From: Leucoraja erinacea
Lineage: Eukaryota
Length of the DNA: 64,000 nucleotides
Assembly: GCF_028641065.1 (NCBI RefSeq)
Contig: NC_073399.1
Location: forward strand, 10,850,001 to 10,914,000
Direction of reading: 5' to 3'
Below the pieces are notes generated by a model. That model was not told where the DNA came from. It searched no databases and was given only the letters and a program-made list of their open reading frames with translations. The translations under genes were made by a program, and so were the position numbers. Of the stretch, positions 61,456 to 64,000 are shown piece by piece. The first letter of the stretch is position 1; each line of letters opens with the position of its first letter.

Positions 61456-62156
61456 CCTATGACCTGAAGATCTTCTGTCCTTCTAATATCCGTCAGGTCA
61501 CGGTTTTGAACTGTTATTCACCAAATGAGCTTGTGGTTTATATCAGGGAGCTTCCTTATCCTGACGCCCACATTCTATGTTGCACTGATGACGTACAATG
61601 AAGTGCAGGAACACAAGAGAAGACGAAAGAGACTAATGGAACTGATCTTTCAAAGGAACGGCCTCCCTGTAACAGCCGAAACAGCCGCCTCTTTGTTCTT
61701 TGATCCTCTTGACTCTGTGGACTGTTTATTTCTGCTTAAGAGGTGGAATTAAAATGTTGACAGATTTTATTACATTTCGTCTAATTTAGAAATCTTAAAA
61801 TTTTATAATTTGTTTTTTCTCCAAATGTGTTTCAGATGGCCCAAACATTGTTAATGATGGACTCAAATCCAATTATCCAAAAGCTACACTTTCAAGGAAA
61901 GCAAGCAAGCCCTGGACCAGAAGACACGGGATTAGCATGGATGTGCTGTTCGTCAGATAGACTAGGGAGCGTTATCGTCGCTGGACCCGTGTACATGACG
62001 GATGGCGAGAGGCATAAATGTCATAGATGCTGTACAGCAGAGAAACCACCCATCCATGTTGGTCATTGCGCCAATCTGTGCATGCGTGGGTGTGAGGGAA
62101 AGTATTACCTCTTTGTGTGCCCAAAATTACTATGAACCAAATGCAATAGGAATTAT

Positions 62157-62360
62157 GTGTAGGAAGGACCTGCAGGTGCTGGTCTAAACCGAAGATAGAC
62201 ACAAAATGCTGGAGTAACCGAACGGGACAGGCAGCATCTCTGGAGAGAAGGAGTGGGTGACGTTTCGGGTCAAGACCCTTCTTCAGTCTTGACCTGAAAC
62301 ATCACCCATTCCTTCTCTCTAGAGATACTGCCTGTCCCGTTGAGTTACTTCAGGTTCTTG
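62157..62360. mobile_element. Penelope-derived fold-back element
   Basis: GTGTAGGAAGGACCTGCAG...GTGACGTTTCGGGTCAAGACCCTTCTTCAG followed by the inverted arm GAAACATCACCCATTCC...GAGTTACTTCAG. Confidence 0.8.
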
Positions 62361-63254
62361 TGTGATAGAAACAATGACAGCAAACCTGTCAGCTTTTCTG
62401 TCATTACACTCTGAAACAACAGTAGCTTTTGGATTAGAGATCTTGCCAAGTACTTTGTGGAAACAAGGAACTGTAGGTGCTGGTTTAGAAAAAAAAAGGC
62501 ACAGTGCTGGAGTAGCTCAATGGGTTAGGCTGCATCTCCGGAGAACGTGGATGGGTGATGTTTTGGGTCTGGACCCTGCTTCAGACTCCTTTTCAGGCTT
62601 CATCAACAAAATCAAGAGCTTGACCTAACTCAAGAGATTTATATTCTAGCTTTTACTTTAGACCTTACTTGAGAGATACAGCATTTAAACAGGCCCTTTG
62701 GCCAACCAAATCCGAGCTGACATACACATCGATTACACTAGCAATGTCCTACACGTATGGAACAATTTACAACTTTACCAAAGCCAATTAACCAACAAAT
62801 CTGTATGTCTTTGGAGTGTGGGAGGAAACCGGAACACCCGGAGAAAACCCACGCGGTCACAGGATCGCTACAAACTCCACACAGACAGCATGCATAGTCA
62901 GGATGGAACCTGGGTCTATAGCGCTGTAAGGCAGCAACTCCACCACTGTGCACCATGCTGCCTTGCTGTGAGACATATTAGAAATTTTACATATATCATT
63001 GCAAAAACTAAATCATGATTTTTAATCATCATGCTTGAAGCCACAATCAGTCATTAACAAACCCTCTAGCCCTGAATATTAAATCATTTTTTGCAAATTG
63101 TAATTTTCCCATTTAACCATTTCAAAATGATTTTTACATTTTATGTTTAAATTTTTATTTAACTTTGACATCAGCACTGTGATTAATTTGCCAACCACAG
63201 ATTCAGCACCAAGGAAACCAAATCCATCTAAAAGTGGATTTCCCCGTAGCAAGC

Positions 63255-63900
63255 ATTTTATTGGGATGCATCACAGCATGGTTTGACAACGGCTCCACCC
63301 AGGACTGCTAGATATTGCAGAGTTGTGGATGTAGCCCAGACCAACGCACAAACCAACCTCCCTTCCATTGACTGCCTCGGCCAGGCCACCGATATAATCA
63401 AGGATGTCTCATCCCTGTCACTCCCATCGGGCAAGATGTGTAAGAAAGAACTGCAGATGCTGGTTTAGATGGAAGGTAAACATAAAATGCTGGAGTAACT
63501 CAGCGGGACAGGCAGCCTCTCTGGAGAGAAGGAATGGGTGACATTTCGGGTCGAGACCCTTGAAAACGAAACGTCACCCACACCCCCAGATAAGTGTGAA
63601 AACGCACACCCCCAGATTCAGGGACAGTTTCTTCCCAGCTGTTATCAGGCAACTGAACAACCCTATCACCAACTAGAGAACTGTCCTGAACTACCATCTA
63701 CCTCATTGGAGACCCTCTGACTATCTTTAATCGGACTTGACCTTGCACTGAACGTTATACCCTTTGTCCTGTGTCTGTACACGGCGGACAGCTTGATTGT
63801 CATCACATGTATAACATTTTCACTCAGTGGAGGGCATGCAACAGGAAACCTTTTCACTGTGCCTCAGTACACGTGGTAATAACAAACTAAACTAAATAAA
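63255..63900 (+). mobile_element. Rex1/Babar-type LINE 3' fragment interrupted by a Penelope-derived repeat
   Basis: GGATGCATCACAGCATGGTTTG (GCITAWF) ... TTCTTCCCAGCTGTTATCAGGCAACTG; (CTAAA)n tail. Confidence 0.7.
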
Positions 63901-64000
63901 ACGAGAATCACAGCAGTTTATCACTTTGCTGCAAGATTGCAATCACACAGATTGTGAGACCATGATTCCCGAAGTGTACAAAGATTGCATCAAACTGCCT

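Noticed and set aside
61525-61752. 75-aa ORF with hydrophobic N-terminus and basic cluster
   Set aside because: No homology, promoter or splice context; compatible with chance.

Overview
Eukaryotic, repeat-dense vertebrate DNA, most likely a cartilaginous fish (skate/ray). This is inferred from abundant HE1-type V-SINEs, CR1 LINEs and Penelope-derived repeats. Two host genes lie on the minus strand. BTBD17 is complete (3 coding exons, 38848->30067, 488 aa: signal peptide + BTB + BACK). The 5' part of RNF213/mysterin follows it (probable non-coding exon 1 near 18.6-18.7 kb, a 33-nt mini-exon, and five phase-compatible coding exons from 13369 to 2636 including the CBM20-like region); RNF213 continues beyond the left edge. 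A cluster of IRF-E, GAS and EICE motifs sits at the RNF213 promoter. The rest is mostly transposon-derived: CR1, Rex1/Babar, Tx1 and Penelope fragments, tRNA-derived SINEs, and hAT, Tigger and Harbinger-like non-autonomous DNA elements. The most notable structural signal is dozens of short Penelope-derived fold-back elements carrying a minimal hammerhead-ribozyme core (CTGAAGA-stem-GAAACGTC), often on both strands and with long target duplications. Other oddities are an 83-bp locally templated inverted duplication and a scrambled repeat mosaic at 41.6-43.2 kb that may be an assembly artefact. All homology calls come from motif recognition, not database searches, and repeat boundaries are approximate unless TSDs/TIRs are given.
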